Below are positions 46,959 to 57,316 of a stretch of 64,000 nt of DNA, piece by piece (the first letter of the stretch is position 1; each line of letters begins with the position of its first letter). A model generated the notes under the pieces. The model had not been told where the DNA came from. It made no database searches and saw nothing but the letters and a program-made list of their open reading frames with translations. This DNA comes from an uncultured Rhodospirillaceae bacterium (GTDB taxonomy: Bacteria > Pseudomonadota > Alphaproteobacteria > UBA9219), in the NCBI GenBank assembly GCA_964390005.1, contig CAYMGM010000003.1, positions 14,271-78,270 of the forward strand, in the 5' to 3' direction. A program made the position numbers and the translations under genes.

Positions 46959-49378
46959 GTCTCGCCGAATATCGCTCCCAAGCCGACAGACTGGCCGATT
47001 TCCTGCCATGGGCCGCGCTTGTGGGGCCGGGCATTGTTCTTAACAAGGATGGCAGCGTTCAGCGGACGTTTTTGTTTCGGGGCCCCGATCTCGAAAGCGC
47101 CTCCGAAGGCGAACTGGTCGGGCTTTGCGCCCGCGCGAACAACGCGCTCAAGCGGCTGGGTTCCGGCTGGGCGCTCTTTTTCGAGGCGGAGCGCGCCGGG
47201 GCGCAGCATTATCCGACCTCAAACTTTCCGGACGCCGCCTCATGGCTCGTGGACGAGGAACGCCGTATTTCTTTCGAGGAAGGCCATCAGGGCAAGCATT
47301 TCGAGAGCCGGTATTATCTGACGCTTCTCTTTATGCCGCCGCCCGATGCGCAGGCCCGCACCGAAAAGGCACTTTTGGATTCCGGCCGGGAGGAAGAAGG
47401 ACGGGACTGGCGGCGGGAGCTTGGCCGGTTCCGGGAAGAAACCGACCGGATGCTGGACCTTCTGTCCGGCTTCCTGCCCGAGATCCGCGCGCTTGATGAC
47501 GCGGAAACGCTGACCTATCTGCACGGAACCGTCTCGACCAAACGCCATCCCGTGGCCGTGCCGGAGACGCCGATGTATCTCGACGGCGTTCTGGCCGATA
47601 CGTCCTTCACGGGCGGGCTTGAGCCCATGCTGGGCGCGGCGCATCTGCGCACGCTTACCATTCTCGGCTTTCCGAACGCGACGTGCCCCGGCATTCTCGA
47701 TGCGTTGAACCATCAGGATTTCGGGTATCGCTGGGTCACGCGCTTCATCCCGCTCGACAAGACCGAGGCGACGAAGGTCCTGACACGCTTACGCCGTCAA
47801 TGGTTCGCCAAACGCAAATCTGTCACGGCCATTCTGCGCGAGGTGATGACGAGCGAATCTTCGACGCTTGTGGACAGCGACGCCGACAACAAGGCGCGGG
47901 ATGCCGATGCGGCCCTTCAGGCCCTTGGCGGCGATCATGTCGGTTTCGGCTATTTCACCGCCAGCGTCACGGTTTGGGATAAGGACTGGCAACAGGCGGA
48001 GGACAAGGCCCGCGCGGTCGAGCGTATTATCAACAATATCGGCTTCACCTGTATCCGCGAAAGCGTGAACGCCGTCGAGGCGTGGCTCGGCAGCCTGCCG
48101 GGGCATGTCTATGCCAATATCCGGCAGCCGTTGGTCCACACCTTGAACCTTGCCCATCTCATGCCGCTTTCGGCGCTTTGGGCGGGGCCGGAGCGCAACG
48201 CGCATCTCGACGGGCCGCCACTCTTTTACGCCGAAACCTCCGGCTCGACGCCGTTTCGCTTTTCGACCCATGTGGGCGATGTCGGGCATATGCTGGTCGT
48301 GGGCCCCACTGGGGCGGGTAAATCCGTCCTTTTGTCCCTGATCGCTCTTCAGTTTCGTCGCTATCAAGGGGCGCAGGTTTATATCTTCGACAAGGGGCGC
48401 TCGGCCCGCGCCGCGACCTTGGCCATGGGCGGCGAGCATTACGCCCTCGGCGCGGACGGGGCGCTGTCCTTTCAGCCGCTTCGGAACATCGACGATCCCG
48501 CCACGCGCAGTTGGGCTGCCGAATGGATCGGCGGGTTGCTTGCGCATGAGCAGGTTCAATTGACGCCCGATGTCAAGGAAGCCGTCTGGTCGGCGCTCAA
48601 CAATCTGGCGGGCGCGCCGCCGGAAGAACGCACGCTGACGGGACTTTCTGTCCTTGTTCAGGCCAATCCGCTCAAGGCCGCGCTTCAGCCCTACACGCTG
48701 GACGGGCCTTTCGGGCGCTTGCTTGATGCCGCTGAAGATCGGCTTGCCTTGTCGGATGTGCAATGTTTCGAGACCGAAGACTTGATGCATGAGTCCGGCG
48801 CCGTTCTGCCCGTTCTGACCTACCTGTTCCACCGGCTTGAGGAACGTTTCGATGGAAGGCCGACCCTGCTCATCCTTGATGAGGCTTGGGTCTATCTCGA
48901 CAATCCGCTTTTTGCCGCCCGCATCCGGGAGTGGTTGAAGGTTCTCAGGAAACGCAACGTCTCGGTTCTGTTCGCGACGCAGTCTCTGGCCGACATCGCG
49001 GGTTCCTCTATCGCGCCCGCGCTCATCGAATCCTGCCCGCAACGTCTCTTCCTGCCCAACGACCGGGCCGTCGAGCCGCAGGCGCGGACGGCCTATGAAC
49101 GTTTCGGCCTGAACGAGCGGCAAATCGAGCTGATCGCCCGCGCGACGCCCAAACGGCACTATTACCTGCAATCGCGGCGCGGCAACCGCCTGTTCGAACT
49201 CGGTCTCGGCCCCGTGGCGCTGGCCCTCTGCGGCGCGTCCGATGCCACCGCGCAGAAGCTGATCGACAGTCTTCTTGCGGAACACGGCCCCGAAAACTTC
49301 GCAGCCGCGTTCCTGAAGGCGCGAGGCCTCGATTGGGCCGCCGGGCTTGTGCACGATTTTGGAGGAGGCAAGCCATGA
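46952..49378 (+). CDS. trbE: TrbE (VirB4 ATPase)
   Basis: Start MLSLAEYRS overlapping trbD; Walker A 'VVGPTGAGKS', 'LILDEAW'. Confidence 0.9.
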   Translation: MLSLAEYRSQADRLADFLPWAALVGPGIVLNKDGSVQRTFLFRGPDLESASEGELVGLCARANNALKRLGSGWALFFEAERAGAQHYPTSNFPDAASWLVDEERRISFEEGHQGKHFESRYYLTLLFMPPPDAQARTEKALLDSGREEEGRDWRRELGRFREETDRMLDLLSGFLPEIRALDDAETLTYLHGTVSTKRHPVAVPETPMYLDGVLADTSFTGGLEPMLGAAHLRTLTILGFPNATCPGILDALNHQDFGYRWVTRFIPLDKTEATKVLTRLRRQWFAKRKSVTAILREVMTSESSTLVDSDADNKARDADAALQALGGDHVGFGYFTASVTVWDKDWQQAEDKARAVERIINNIGFTCIRESVNAVEAWLGSLPGHVYANIRQPLVHTLNLAHLMPLSALWAGPERNAHLDGPPLFYAETSGSTPFRFSTHVGDVGHMLVVGPTGAGKSVLLSLIALQFRRYQGAQVYIFDKGRSARAATLAMGGEHYALGADGALSFQPLRNIDDPATRSWAAEWIGGLLAHEQVQLTPDVKEAVWSALNNLAGAPPEERTLTGLSVLVQANPLKAALQPYTLDGPFGRLLDAAEDRLALSDVQCFETEDLMHESGAVLPVLTYLFHRLEERFDGRPTLLILDEAWVYLDNPLFAARIREWLKVLRKRNVSVLFATQSLADIAGSSIAPALIESCPQRLFLPNDRAVEPQARTAYERFGLNERQIELIARATPKRHYYLQSRRGNRLFELGLGPVALALCGASDATAQKLIDSLLAEHGPENFAAAFLKARGLDWAAGLVHDFGGGKP

Positions 49379-50091
49379 AACGCAGGACATTACGCCTTCT
49401 TGTCCTCGCGGCAACGCTTGGGATAGGGCTGGTCTCCACCCCAGCGCGAGCGCTCATCGTCTATGACCCATCGAACTACAGCCAGAATGTGCTGACGGCG
49501 GCACGGGCGCTTGAGCAGATCAATAACCAGATCCTCTCGCTCCAAAATCAGGCCGTCATGCTGCAAAACATGGCGCGGAACCTCCAAAGTCTCGATTATT
49601 CGTCGCTGGGACAGATGAATGGGGCGTTGACCCGCATCGGTGCGCTTATGACGCAGGCCGACGGACTCAGCTACAACCTCGCGCAGTTGGAAAGCCAATG
49701 GGAGACGCAATATCCGGACTCTTATGGCGCGAGCGTTAGCACAAACGACACGGCCGCTGCCGCGCAGCAACGTTGGCACAGCGCCATGAGCGCCTACCGG
49801 CAGACGATGCAGGTGCAGGCGCAGATTGTCGATAACGTCCAGAACGATCAGCCCCTTTTGACCGACCTTGTGAACCAGAGCCAAGGCGCGGCGGGCGCGT
49901 TGCAAGCGCAGCAGGCGACAAATCAGCTTTTGGCCCTTTGCGCCAAGCAACAAATGCAAATTCAGGAACTGATGGCGGCCCAGTACCGCGCCGAGGCCGA
50001 AGACGCAGCCCGCAAGGCGCAGGCCGAGGAAGCGGCGCGCGCGACCACGCAGCGTTTTCTGGGCACCGACACGGCCTATACGGGGGAGTGA
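49375..50091 (+). CDS. trbJ: TrbJ
   Basis: Signal peptide then 'LIVYDPSNYSQN' coiled-coil protein; ATGA overlap with trbE. Confidence 0.85.
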   Translation: MKRRTLRLLVLAATLGIGLVSTPARALIVYDPSNYSQNVLTAARALEQINNQILSLQNQAVMLQNMARNLQSLDYSSLGQMNGALTRIGALMTQADGLSYNLAQLESQWETQYPDSYGASVSTNDTAAAAQQRWHSAMSAYRQTMQVQAQIVDNVQNDQPLLTDLVNQSQGAAGALQAQQATNQLLALCAKQQMQIQELMAAQYRAEAEDAARKAQAEEAARATTQRFLGTDTAYTGE

Positions 50092-50097
50092 GGCATC

Positions 50098-51375
50098 ATG
50101 AACGACCTTGGCATCATCGACAGTTTCATGACGACCTTCAGTCGCTATATCGACAGCGGCTTCGGGCTCCTGTCCGGCGACGTGGCGTTTCTGTCCACCA
50201 CCCTGATCGGCATCGACATCACGCTGGCCGGTCTTCTCTGGGCCTTTGGCGGCGAGAACAACGTGATCGCGCGGCTGATCCGGAAAGTCCTTTATGTCGG
50301 CGCATTCGCCTTCATTTTGAACAATTTTCAGAACCTTGCCACCATTGTTTTCAACTCCTTTTCCACTCTGGGGCTCAAGGCCTCCGGCAGCGGGATGAGC
50401 GCGGCGGACCTCCTGAAGCCCGGCGTGATCGCGGGAACGGGCTATCAAGCCGCGCATCCGCTTCTGGTCGAGGTCGGCCATTTGGTCGGGTTTCCGGAAA
50501 TCTTCAGCAACGCACTGACCGTGTTCGTTTTGCTGATCGCATGGCTTCTGGTCGTCTTCGCCTTCTTCATTCTGGCGATCCAGCTTTTTATCACGGTTCT
50601 GGAGTTCAAGCTCACGACGCTCGCGGGCTTCGTGCTTGTGCCGTTTGCCCTCTGGAACAAGACAGCCTTTCTGGCCGAGCGGGTTCTGGGGAACGTCATC
50701 TCTTCCGGCATCAAGATGATGGTGCTCGCCGTCGTTGTCGGCATCGGCTCCACGCTGTTTTCAAGCTTCACGGGAAGCCTGCAAGGACAGGATGCCACGC
50801 TGGCGGCCGCCATGTCGCAGGTGCTGGGGGCCTTGACGCTTCTGGGGCTCGGGATCTTCGGCCCCGGCATCGCGGCAGGCCTTGTCTCCGGTGCGCCGCA
50901 ACTGGGTGCAGGCGCCGCGCTTGGCACCACAGGTGCCGCCGTAGGCGCCGTCGCCCTGACAGGGATCACGGCGGTCGGCGCGGCGCGTATGACTGGAGGC
51001 GCGACTTTGGGCGCGATCCGCGCTGGAACTTCTCTGGGATCGGCCGCAACCGCTTCCTATCAAGCCGCGCAGGCCGCTTCGGGCGAAACAGGCGCTTCAG
51101 GCGTGGCGGCAGGAATGGGCGGCGTGGCCCGCGCTGCAGCCTCCTCCATCCGGCAGAGCGTCAGGAGCGGAAAGACTGAGACAGCTACGGACAGCACCAC
51201 AGGTGAAGCCGCTTCCACACCATCCGAGCCCGCATTCTCCGCGCCCGACTGGGCCAAACGCCTACGCACCCAGCAAGCCGCGCAGGCCAGTCGTCATGCC
51301 GTAAGCCAGGCCATCAAAGATGGCGACAGGCCGGGGCACGGCGCGACACCATCCCTCCATCAAAAGGAAGATTGA
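50098..51375 (+). CDS. trbL: TrbL (VirB6-like)
   Basis: Polytopic membrane protein with Gly/Ala-rich C-terminus. Confidence 0.85.
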   Translation: MNDLGIIDSFMTTFSRYIDSGFGLLSGDVAFLSTTLIGIDITLAGLLWAFGGENNVIARLIRKVLYVGAFAFILNNFQNLATIVFNSFSTLGLKASGSGMSAADLLKPGVIAGTGYQAAHPLLVEVGHLVGFPEIFSNALTVFVLLIAWLLVVFAFFILAIQLFITVLEFKLTTLAGFVLVPFALWNKTAFLAERVLGNVISSGIKMMVLAVVVGIGSTLFSSFTGSLQGQDATLAAAMSQVLGALTLLGLGIFGPGIAAGLVSGAPQLGAGAALGTTGAAVGAVALTGITAVGAARMTGGATLGAIRAGTSLGSAATASYQAAQAASGETGASGVAAGMGGVARAAASSIRQSVRSGKTETATDSTTGEAASTPSEPAFSAPDWAKRLRTQQAAQASRHAVSQAIKDGDRPGHGATPSLHQKED

Positions 51376-51378
51376 TCC

Positions 51379-52098
51379 ATGTTTTTTAAACGCCCGATCC
51401 AACGTTATGGCAGTACGCCGAAACCTGTTACGCCTTATCAGAAAGCCGAACAGCTTTGGGATGAACGCATCGGCTCGGCCCGCGTCCAGGCCAAGAACTG
51501 GCGGTTCATGGCCTTCGGCTGCTTCGCCCTGTCTGCTTGTCTCTCGGCGGCGCTTGTCTGGCAGGGAATGCAAAGCCGTGTTGTGCCGTATGTGGTCGAG
51601 GTGGACAAGCAGGGCGAAACCCGCGCCGTGGCGCCCGCGCTTCAGGATTACAAGCCCGCCGATGCGCAGATCGCGTGGTATCTGGCGCAGTTTATCGGTC
51701 AGGTGCGCTCGGTTTCGACCGATCCGGTTCTTGTGCGCAAAAACTGGCTTGGCGCTTACGATTTTGCAGGCGAACGCGCCGCCTTGTTTCTGAACGCCTA
51801 TGCCCGCAAGGCCGATCCCTTCGGTCAGATCGGCACGCGCAGCGCCTCGGTTCAGGTGACCAGCGTGATGCGCGCCTCCGATACGTCCTTTCAGGTCAAA
51901 TGGATCGAACAGATCTTCGAGCGCGGTTCTCTGGTCCGCACCGAACGCTGGAGCGCGATCCTCGCCGTCGCCCTTCAGCCGCCGCGCACGGCGGAGCAAC
52001 TCCGTAAAAACCCGCTCGGCCTTTACGTCACGGCCATCGACTGGGCGCGCGAACTCGATCCCGCAACAAATCCTCAAACCAAGGAGTCCGTTCCATGA
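51379..52098 (+). CDS. trbF: TrbF (VirB8-like)
   Basis: Single TM then NTF2-like domain. Confidence 0.85.
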   Translation: MFFKRPIQRYGSTPKPVTPYQKAEQLWDERIGSARVQAKNWRFMAFGCFALSACLSAALVWQGMQSRVVPYVVEVDKQGETRAVAPALQDYKPADAQIAWYLAQFIGQVRSVSTDPVLVRKNWLGAYDFAGERAALFLNAYARKADPFGQIGTRSASVQVTSVMRASDTSFQVKWIEQIFERGSLVRTERWSAILAVALQPPRTAEQLRKNPLGLYVTAIDWARELDPATNPQTKESVP

Positions 52099-53087
52099 GA
52101 AAGTTTCTCGTTCTCTCTGTCTCCGCGCTTGCGCTTGCCGCCTGCGCGGACAAGCCGCCGACAATCGCCTACGACCCGGAGCCTGCAATGGTGGCCCCGG
52201 AGCCGCCCAAACCCATCCAGATCGTGGAAGTCCCGAAGGTTTTGGCGCTGCCCGGCCAGCTTCAGCCGGAACCCGGCAAACGTAAGACGGACACACGCCC
52301 ACCCATGGAGCGGGTCACGGCGGCGAACAAGGCGGCCACGCGCGAGCCGACCAAGTTTGGTTATCTCAACGCCATTCAGGTCTATCCCTTTGCCGAGGGC
52401 GCGCTCTACCAGCTTTATGCCGCGCCGGAGCATGTGAGCGACATCGCCTTGCAACCCGGCGAGAAGCTGACCTCCGTTTCCTCCGGCGATACCGTGCGCT
52501 GGGTCATCGGCGACACGACAAGCGGCTCGACGGACGGCCAGCAGGTTCACGTTCTGGTCAAACCCTTTGCGCCGGATCTCAAGACGAACCTCGTCATCAC
52601 GACCGACCGGCGGTCCTATCACCTGCAACTGGAAAGCACGACCAAGACTTTCATGGCCGCGCTGTCTTGGACCTATCCGCAGGATCAGTTAACGGCATTG
52701 CGCAGACAGAACGGCGAAGCCGCCGCTGCGGAACCCGTGGCGACGGGGATTGCGCTTGAGAAGATTCATTTCCGCTACGAGGTCACCGGCGACGATCCGC
52801 CATGGAAGCCCGTGCGCGCTTTCGATGACGGGCAAAAGGTCTATATCGAGTTTCCGCGCCGGATCGATCAGGGTGAAGCGCCGCCGCTCTTTATCGTGGG
52901 GCCCAACGGCGACAATGAACTCGTGAACTATCGCATGCGCGGCAATTATTACGTCGTGGATCGTCTGTTTGGGGCCGCCGAGCTTCGGCTCGGCACGGAT
53001 CCGCAGCAGATCGTGCGCATCAACCGCACCGACGCGCCGGATCAAAAAGAGCAACCCGCACCGCGCAAGAACTGGGGGCGGTCATGA
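52095..53087 (+). CDS. trbG: TrbG (VirB9-like)
   Basis: Lipoprotein-like signal 'LALAACADKPP'; overlaps trbF stop. Confidence 0.85.
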   Translation: MRKFLVLSVSALALAACADKPPTIAYDPEPAMVAPEPPKPIQIVEVPKVLALPGQLQPEPGKRKTDTRPPMERVTAANKAATREPTKFGYLNAIQVYPFAEGALYQLYAAPEHVSDIALQPGEKLTSVSSGDTVRWVIGDTTSGSTDGQQVHVLVKPFAPDLKTNLVITTDRRSYHLQLESTTKTFMAALSWTYPQDQLTALRRQNGEAAAAEPVATGIALEKIHFRYEVTGDDPPWKPVRAFDDGQKVYIEFPRRIDQGEAPPLFIVGPNGDNELVNYRMRGNYYVVDRLFGAAELRLGTDPQQIVRINRTDAPDQKEQPAPRKNWGRS

Positions 53088-54256
53088 ACGAGAAGATCGA
53101 CGCGAACAAGCTCGAACTACGCGCGGCCCCGCCGCACCGCGTGGTGCGGTTTAAAAAAGGTCTTGTGATCGGCCTCACGGCCTTTGGCATCGGCCTTCTC
53201 CTCTGCGTGACCATGCTGGCGCTGCGCAAGCCGTCGTTTCGGGCGCCAACCGAGGCGCAGGAGCTTTATGACACGCAAAAGAAGCCGACCCCCGACGGGC
53301 TTGCCGCTCTGCCGGGGGACTATAGCCAGCTCCCCCCCAAACCCGTTCTGGGGCCGCCCCTACCGGGCGATCTTGGGCGGGCCGTTCTAGCCCATCAACG
53401 CGCCGAGGGCATCGGGCATACGCAATCGGAACAGGAACAGCGGCTGGCCCAACAGGCCGTGCAAGCGGAAGAATCTGGCGTCTTCTTCCGGATCGAGAGC
53501 AAGCCAAGGCAGAACGCGACGGGGGCCTCGGCGCAACAAGCCGCCGCGACGGTTGCAGAACAGCCGAAAGACGCCCGGTTGGCGCTTGATCCGGATCACG
53601 ACCAGAACAATCAGCAGCGCAAGCTGGACTTCGTGAACCAGCGCGATGCGGGCAGCATCTACAATCCGCATGCCCTGCAGACGCCGGCCTCGCCTTATCA
53701 AGTCATGGCGGGCAGCCTCATCGCGGCAAGCCTGATCACGGGTATCAATTCCGACCTGCCGGGGCTTGTGGTCGCGCAGGTCACCGAGAACGTTTACGAC
53801 ACACCGACGGGCCGGACCTTGCTCATCCCGCAGGGCAGTCGTTTGATCGGCGCCTATGACAGCGTGGTCGCCTATGGCCAATCCCGCGCCTTGCTCGTCT
53901 GGCAGCGCATTGTGATGCCGGACGGCTCTTCCGTCCAGATCGACAATCTGCCCGCGACCGACGCGCAAGGCTATGCCGGGCTCGAGGACGGGGTGGATTA
54001 TCACACCTGGCAGCTTCTCAAGGGTGTGGCGCTTTCCACCTTGCTCGGCATCGGCACGCAACTCAGCCTCGGTGGAAACGAAAGCGATCTTGTCCGTGCC
54101 ATCCGCGAATCCACCCAGCAAAACGTCTCGCAGGTCGGCCAGCGCATTACCGAAAAGAACATCAACATCCAGCCGACCATCACGATCCGGCCCGGCTGGC
54201 CCGTGCGCGTCATCGTGCACAAGGACCTGATCCTCAAACCTTATCGTGGGGCCTGA
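53084..54256 (+). CDS. trbI: TrbI (VirB10-like)
   Basis: TM, Pro-rich region, C-terminal VirB10 domain. Confidence 0.85.
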   Translation: MNEKIDANKLELRAAPPHRVVRFKKGLVIGLTAFGIGLLLCVTMLALRKPSFRAPTEAQELYDTQKKPTPDGLAALPGDYSQLPPKPVLGPPLPGDLGRAVLAHQRAEGIGHTQSEQEQRLAQQAVQAEESGVFFRIESKPRQNATGASAQQAAATVAEQPKDARLALDPDHDQNNQQRKLDFVNQRDAGSIYNPHALQTPASPYQVMAGSLIAASLITGINSDLPGLVVAQVTENVYDTPTGRTLLIPQGSRLIGAYDSVVAYGQSRALLVWQRIVMPDGSSVQIDNLPATDAQGYAGLEDGVDYHTWQLLKGVALSTLLGIGTQLSLGGNESDLVRAIRESTQQNVSQVGQRITEKNINIQPTITIRPGWPVRVIVHKDLILKPYRGA

Positions 54257-54259
54257 TCC

Positions 54260-54574
54260 ATGCTGAAACTTCCCAAACTGCCCGACCGCACGCCGATCAA
54301 GATCACAGTCACCGTGAACGCAGCCCTCAATCAAGCGCTTCACGGCTACGCCGCCCTTTATCGCGCGACTTATGGCGAGATGGCCTCCGTGCCCGATCTG
54401 ATCCCGTTCATGCTGGACTGTTTCCTGAAAAGCGATCCTGCCTTCGCCAAGGCCTTGAAGGAAGGTTTGCTGGAAAACGAACAGGAAAAGCCCCTCGGGC
54501 GCACAGGGCGTAAACGTGGCGAAACCCCCGCAATCCAGAACGCCCCACCCACATTGCAACCGAAGGAGGCCTGA
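54260..54574 (+). CDS. DUF2274-family protein
   Basis: 104 aa immediately after trbI, as in related ICEs. Confidence 0.7.
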   Translation: MLKLPKLPDRTPIKITVTVNAALNQALHGYAALYRATYGEMASVPDLIPFMLDCFLKSDPAFAKALKEGLLENEQEKPLGRTGRKRGETPAIQNAPPTLQPKEA

Positions 54575-54575
54575 T

Positions 54576-54893
54576 ATGCAAATCGGCAGCTTCACCTTAT
54601 CCAAAGACGGCGGTTGGACAGGATGCGTCCACACGCTGACCATGGACCGGAAAATCCGCCTTGTTCCCAACGACGACCGCGCGAACGACAAAGCTCCAGC
54701 GTTCCGCATCCTCGTCGGAAACTTCCGCATCGGCGAGGCCTGGGAGGCCAGAACCACAGGCGAAGCGCCCAAGGCCTATTTGCGCCTGCGCCTCGACGAC
54801 CCCAGCCTGTCCGAGCCGCTCAACGCCGCGCTGTTCCCATCCGACGACGGCGCCAAAGCCCAGCTCGTCTGGAACCGACGGAGGGGCGAATGA
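54576..54893 (+). CDS. DUF736-family protein (second copy)
   Basis: MQIGSFTLSKDGGWTGCVHTLTMDRKIRLVPND...APAFRILVG. Confidence 0.7.
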   Translation: MQIGSFTLSKDGGWTGCVHTLTMDRKIRLVPNDDRANDKAPAFRILVGNFRIGEAWEARTTGEAPKAYLRLRLDDPSLSEPLNAALFPSDDGAKAQLVWNRRRGE

Positions 54894-55084
54894 CCGACAA
54901 GCTGCATCTCCGCACGCCCGAAGCCGCCGACTATCTCGGCCTCAGCGCCTCCACCATGGAAAAAATGCGCCTACGCGGCGACGGACCGAGGTACGCCAAG
55001 CTTGGCAGGCTGGTCGTTTACGCCATCGCTGATCTTGAGGCGTGGGTCGACGCACGGAAGAGAATGTCAACGTCGGAGGAGTGA
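54890..55084 (+). CDS. Helix-turn-helix (AlpA/excisionase-like) protein
   Basis: 'LRTPEAADYLGLSASTMEKMRLRGDGPRY'. Confidence 0.65.
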   Translation: MTDKLHLRTPEAADYLGLSASTMEKMRLRGDGPRYAKLGRLVVYAIADLEAWVDARKRMSTSEE

Positions 55085-55337
55085 AAGTAATCTGATATGA
55101 GCCGAACTACACAGGCTTATGGGCGCTATGGTTAAAAGGCGTTTGAAATATCCAGCGTTTTCGAGCTTCTTCGTTAAAGTAAGGGCATTGTTAAAGAAAA
55201 AATAACCAACCCATTGAACAAGCTTGGAAATTTGTTTTTCCGGCATTTTTTTGTTAACATGCCTCATACAGGAACGCCATACAACACGATTAATAAATTA
55301 TTAACGAAACTATTGCTCACCCCCATAGGAGAACGGT

Positions 55338-55958
55338 ATGTTTGACGCACGGCAGATTTTATCTTCACTTTCCATTTTTCGAGGCCTTATGCCCGCTGCC
55401 AACGCGCATAGCTATTCCCCGCCTTTTGAGGTTGAGCTTTTTGTTCATCCTCGAAAAGAAGAGGAATGCGTGCGCCCTGCCGTCGGAAGAGAAGAAGAAA
55501 TCCCCTGCCTTAAGGGACAGCATACGTCAGCTGCCGGGGTTGTGGTTGTCGATGGCCAAGAGGTTAAAGTCGAAGAAACAAAAGATGTTGTTCCTTGGGA
55601 GACCCTTTACCTTGTGAACGGAAATATCGTTGCCGTTCATAATGATTACGATTCAGACACAGAGCAAACGACCTGTGATTTAGGCTTTGCCCGTTACGTC
55701 GAAAGCATCCGTGATCGCGGAGGCGATTTCAGCACATCAAGCACCGTAGGAACGAACAGCCCCGACGGTAGAGTGTTGTACCTGTCTTTACGCGACGAGC
55801 AAGCGCTGTATCGTGTCCTTGTCGATGAGAGACAGAACATCGTCATCCCGCTTTATCCAAAAGCTGAAGGAAACTTTCGTCCAAACCCTAAACATCCCCG
55901 CGTAAAAAAACGCAAACCATCTGATATTTCTGACCTCTTCGCAAAATTGATCCAATAA
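55338..55958 (+). CDS. Hypothetical protein (AT-rich cargo)
   Basis: 206 aa ORF in AT-rich block between ICE backbone and integrase. Confidence 0.45.
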   Translation: MFDARQILSSLSIFRGLMPAANAHSYSPPFEVELFVHPRKEEECVRPAVGREEEIPCLKGQHTSAAGVVVVDGQEVKVEETKDVVPWETLYLVNGNIVAVHNDYDSDTEQTTCDLGFARYVESIRDRGGDFSTSSTVGTNSPDGRVLYLSLRDEQALYRVLVDERQNIVIPLYPKAEGNFRPNPKHPRVKKRKPSDISDLFAKLIQ

Positions 55959-55977
55959 CTCTCGCCGAGCGGGGAAC

Positions 55978-56892
55978 GTGGACATGTTTGCGGGGCGAAA
56001 GACAGCGCGCGGGGTTAATGCGCAAATTGATCGACGGGTTATAAAATATGGCCCCCGGAAAGCCTTCCGTGTTTGTGGGCGGCTTATGCTCTCATCCGGG
56101 CCTCATGAAAAATACCTCGACGATGTCGAACCCGGCTTTTCAAAGAACGACATACGAGCAGAGTTTCAAGCGGCTGCTTTTGAAACAACGATTATCGGAA
56201 AAACACCCATTGGACGTTATGTCTTCCGAAAGGACCGTATATATGTCCACTTCGGGAAGCTTTATCCGGGAAAGAAAAACGAAAGAAAGCGACAGAAGGA
56301 AACAGAGGCCGTCGAAAGCCACATTTCAAGACTTTTTGTATGTTCTTCGAATGGCCACGCCCATACCGCTGTTTGCGGGGCGAACAAGAAGAGAATCTTC
56401 TATCGTGTGGAATTGCATGCGCTGGCGGTTGATATACCGGACCTTATTGATGCGCTTCTGAAAAACGACGACATAACGCATGTCAACGAAGTCCCTGTCG
56501 ACAAAATCCGTACGCTTTATAACACAGGCAAGCATGATGCGGCGTATCGCCTGATCTGTTTGAGCGAATTACGGTTGATGGCGCGTTGTGCAAGACGCGC
56601 CGAGGAAAAGAGCAAAACGGCTTTGGCACTTTGGTTCTGGAAAGAGTATGCCGAACGCAAAGAGCTATATCTGTTGGAGCGCAAGGATGCCTGGGGCTCG
56701 GATCCAAAAGGGATGCGACCAATCTACAATCTTGATGCAAATGCCCGGTTGCTTCGTCGAAACAAGATTCTTGATGGGTTTAAGGCCCGCATACTTGCAC
56801 GAGCGGCTGCGGCAGGAAAGGCTATCTCCAAAAGGACTTTCGCGCCTATGACCGTGCGGACAATCCGCGGACAAGCCCTTGCCCTGTTATAA
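55978..56892 (+). CDS. Hypothetical protein (AT-rich cargo)
   Basis: 304 aa ORF. Confidence 0.45.
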   Translation: MDMFAGRKTARGVNAQIDRRVIKYGPRKAFRVCGRLMLSSGPHEKYLDDVEPGFSKNDIRAEFQAAAFETTIIGKTPIGRYVFRKDRIYVHFGKLYPGKKNERKRQKETEAVESHISRLFVCSSNGHAHTAVCGANKKRIFYRVELHALAVDIPDLIDALLKNDDITHVNEVPVDKIRTLYNTGKHDAAYRLICLSELRLMARCARRAEEKSKTALALWFWKEYAERKELYLLERKDAWGSDPKGMRPIYNLDANARLLRRNKILDGFKARILARAAAAGKAISKRTFAPMTVRTIRGQALALL

Positions 56893-57027
56893 TCCCGCCT
56901 GAGCAACACGCTCTTATGTCTTTAAAGGGGGTAACGGGATACATCGTCGTAGATAAAGGCCCTAAGCATTTTCTCCGTCTTGCGCGATCATGACCACCAC
57001 GATCAATCGCTCACACGACGGTGTAAA

Positions 57028-57267
57028 ATGATGCAGAACCCAATTGACGAAATCCTGAGCAAAATCGACGACCGCACACGCCTGTTGCGCCTTAAAGAGG
57101 TCATAGAAATTGTCGGCATGAAGAGATCGACAATCTATGAACACATTCAGGCCTCAAGCTTTCCTCGCCCTATAAATATTGGCCCTCGAGCCGTGGCGTG
57201 GTTGAATACAGACATTCAGGCTTGGATAGCGCAGCGGGTGATGTCCGACGGACCCAAGCGGCTTTGA
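57028..57267 (+). CDS. alpA: AlpA-family phage/ICE regulatory protein (HTH)
   Basis: 'RLLRLKEVIEIVGMKRSTIYEHIQASSFPRPINIGPRAVAW'. Confidence 0.65.
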   Translation: MMQNPIDEILSKIDDRTRLLRLKEVIEIVGMKRSTIYEHIQASSFPRPINIGPRAVAWLNTDIQAWIAQRVMSDGPKRL

Positions 57268-57316
57268 CCTACTCCCATCCCTTTTCGGGCGTCGAAAATA
57301 TCTGCAAGAAGAGGGG

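Noticed and set aside
47789-49414. Very long antisense ORFs inside trb genes and res (e.g. 47789-49414, 49390-50481, 53387-54772, 20967-22523, 9950-10711)
   Set aside because: They lie opposite strongly supported genes with clear motifs in high-GC DNA where stop-free antisense frames are expected. No motifs, no RBS
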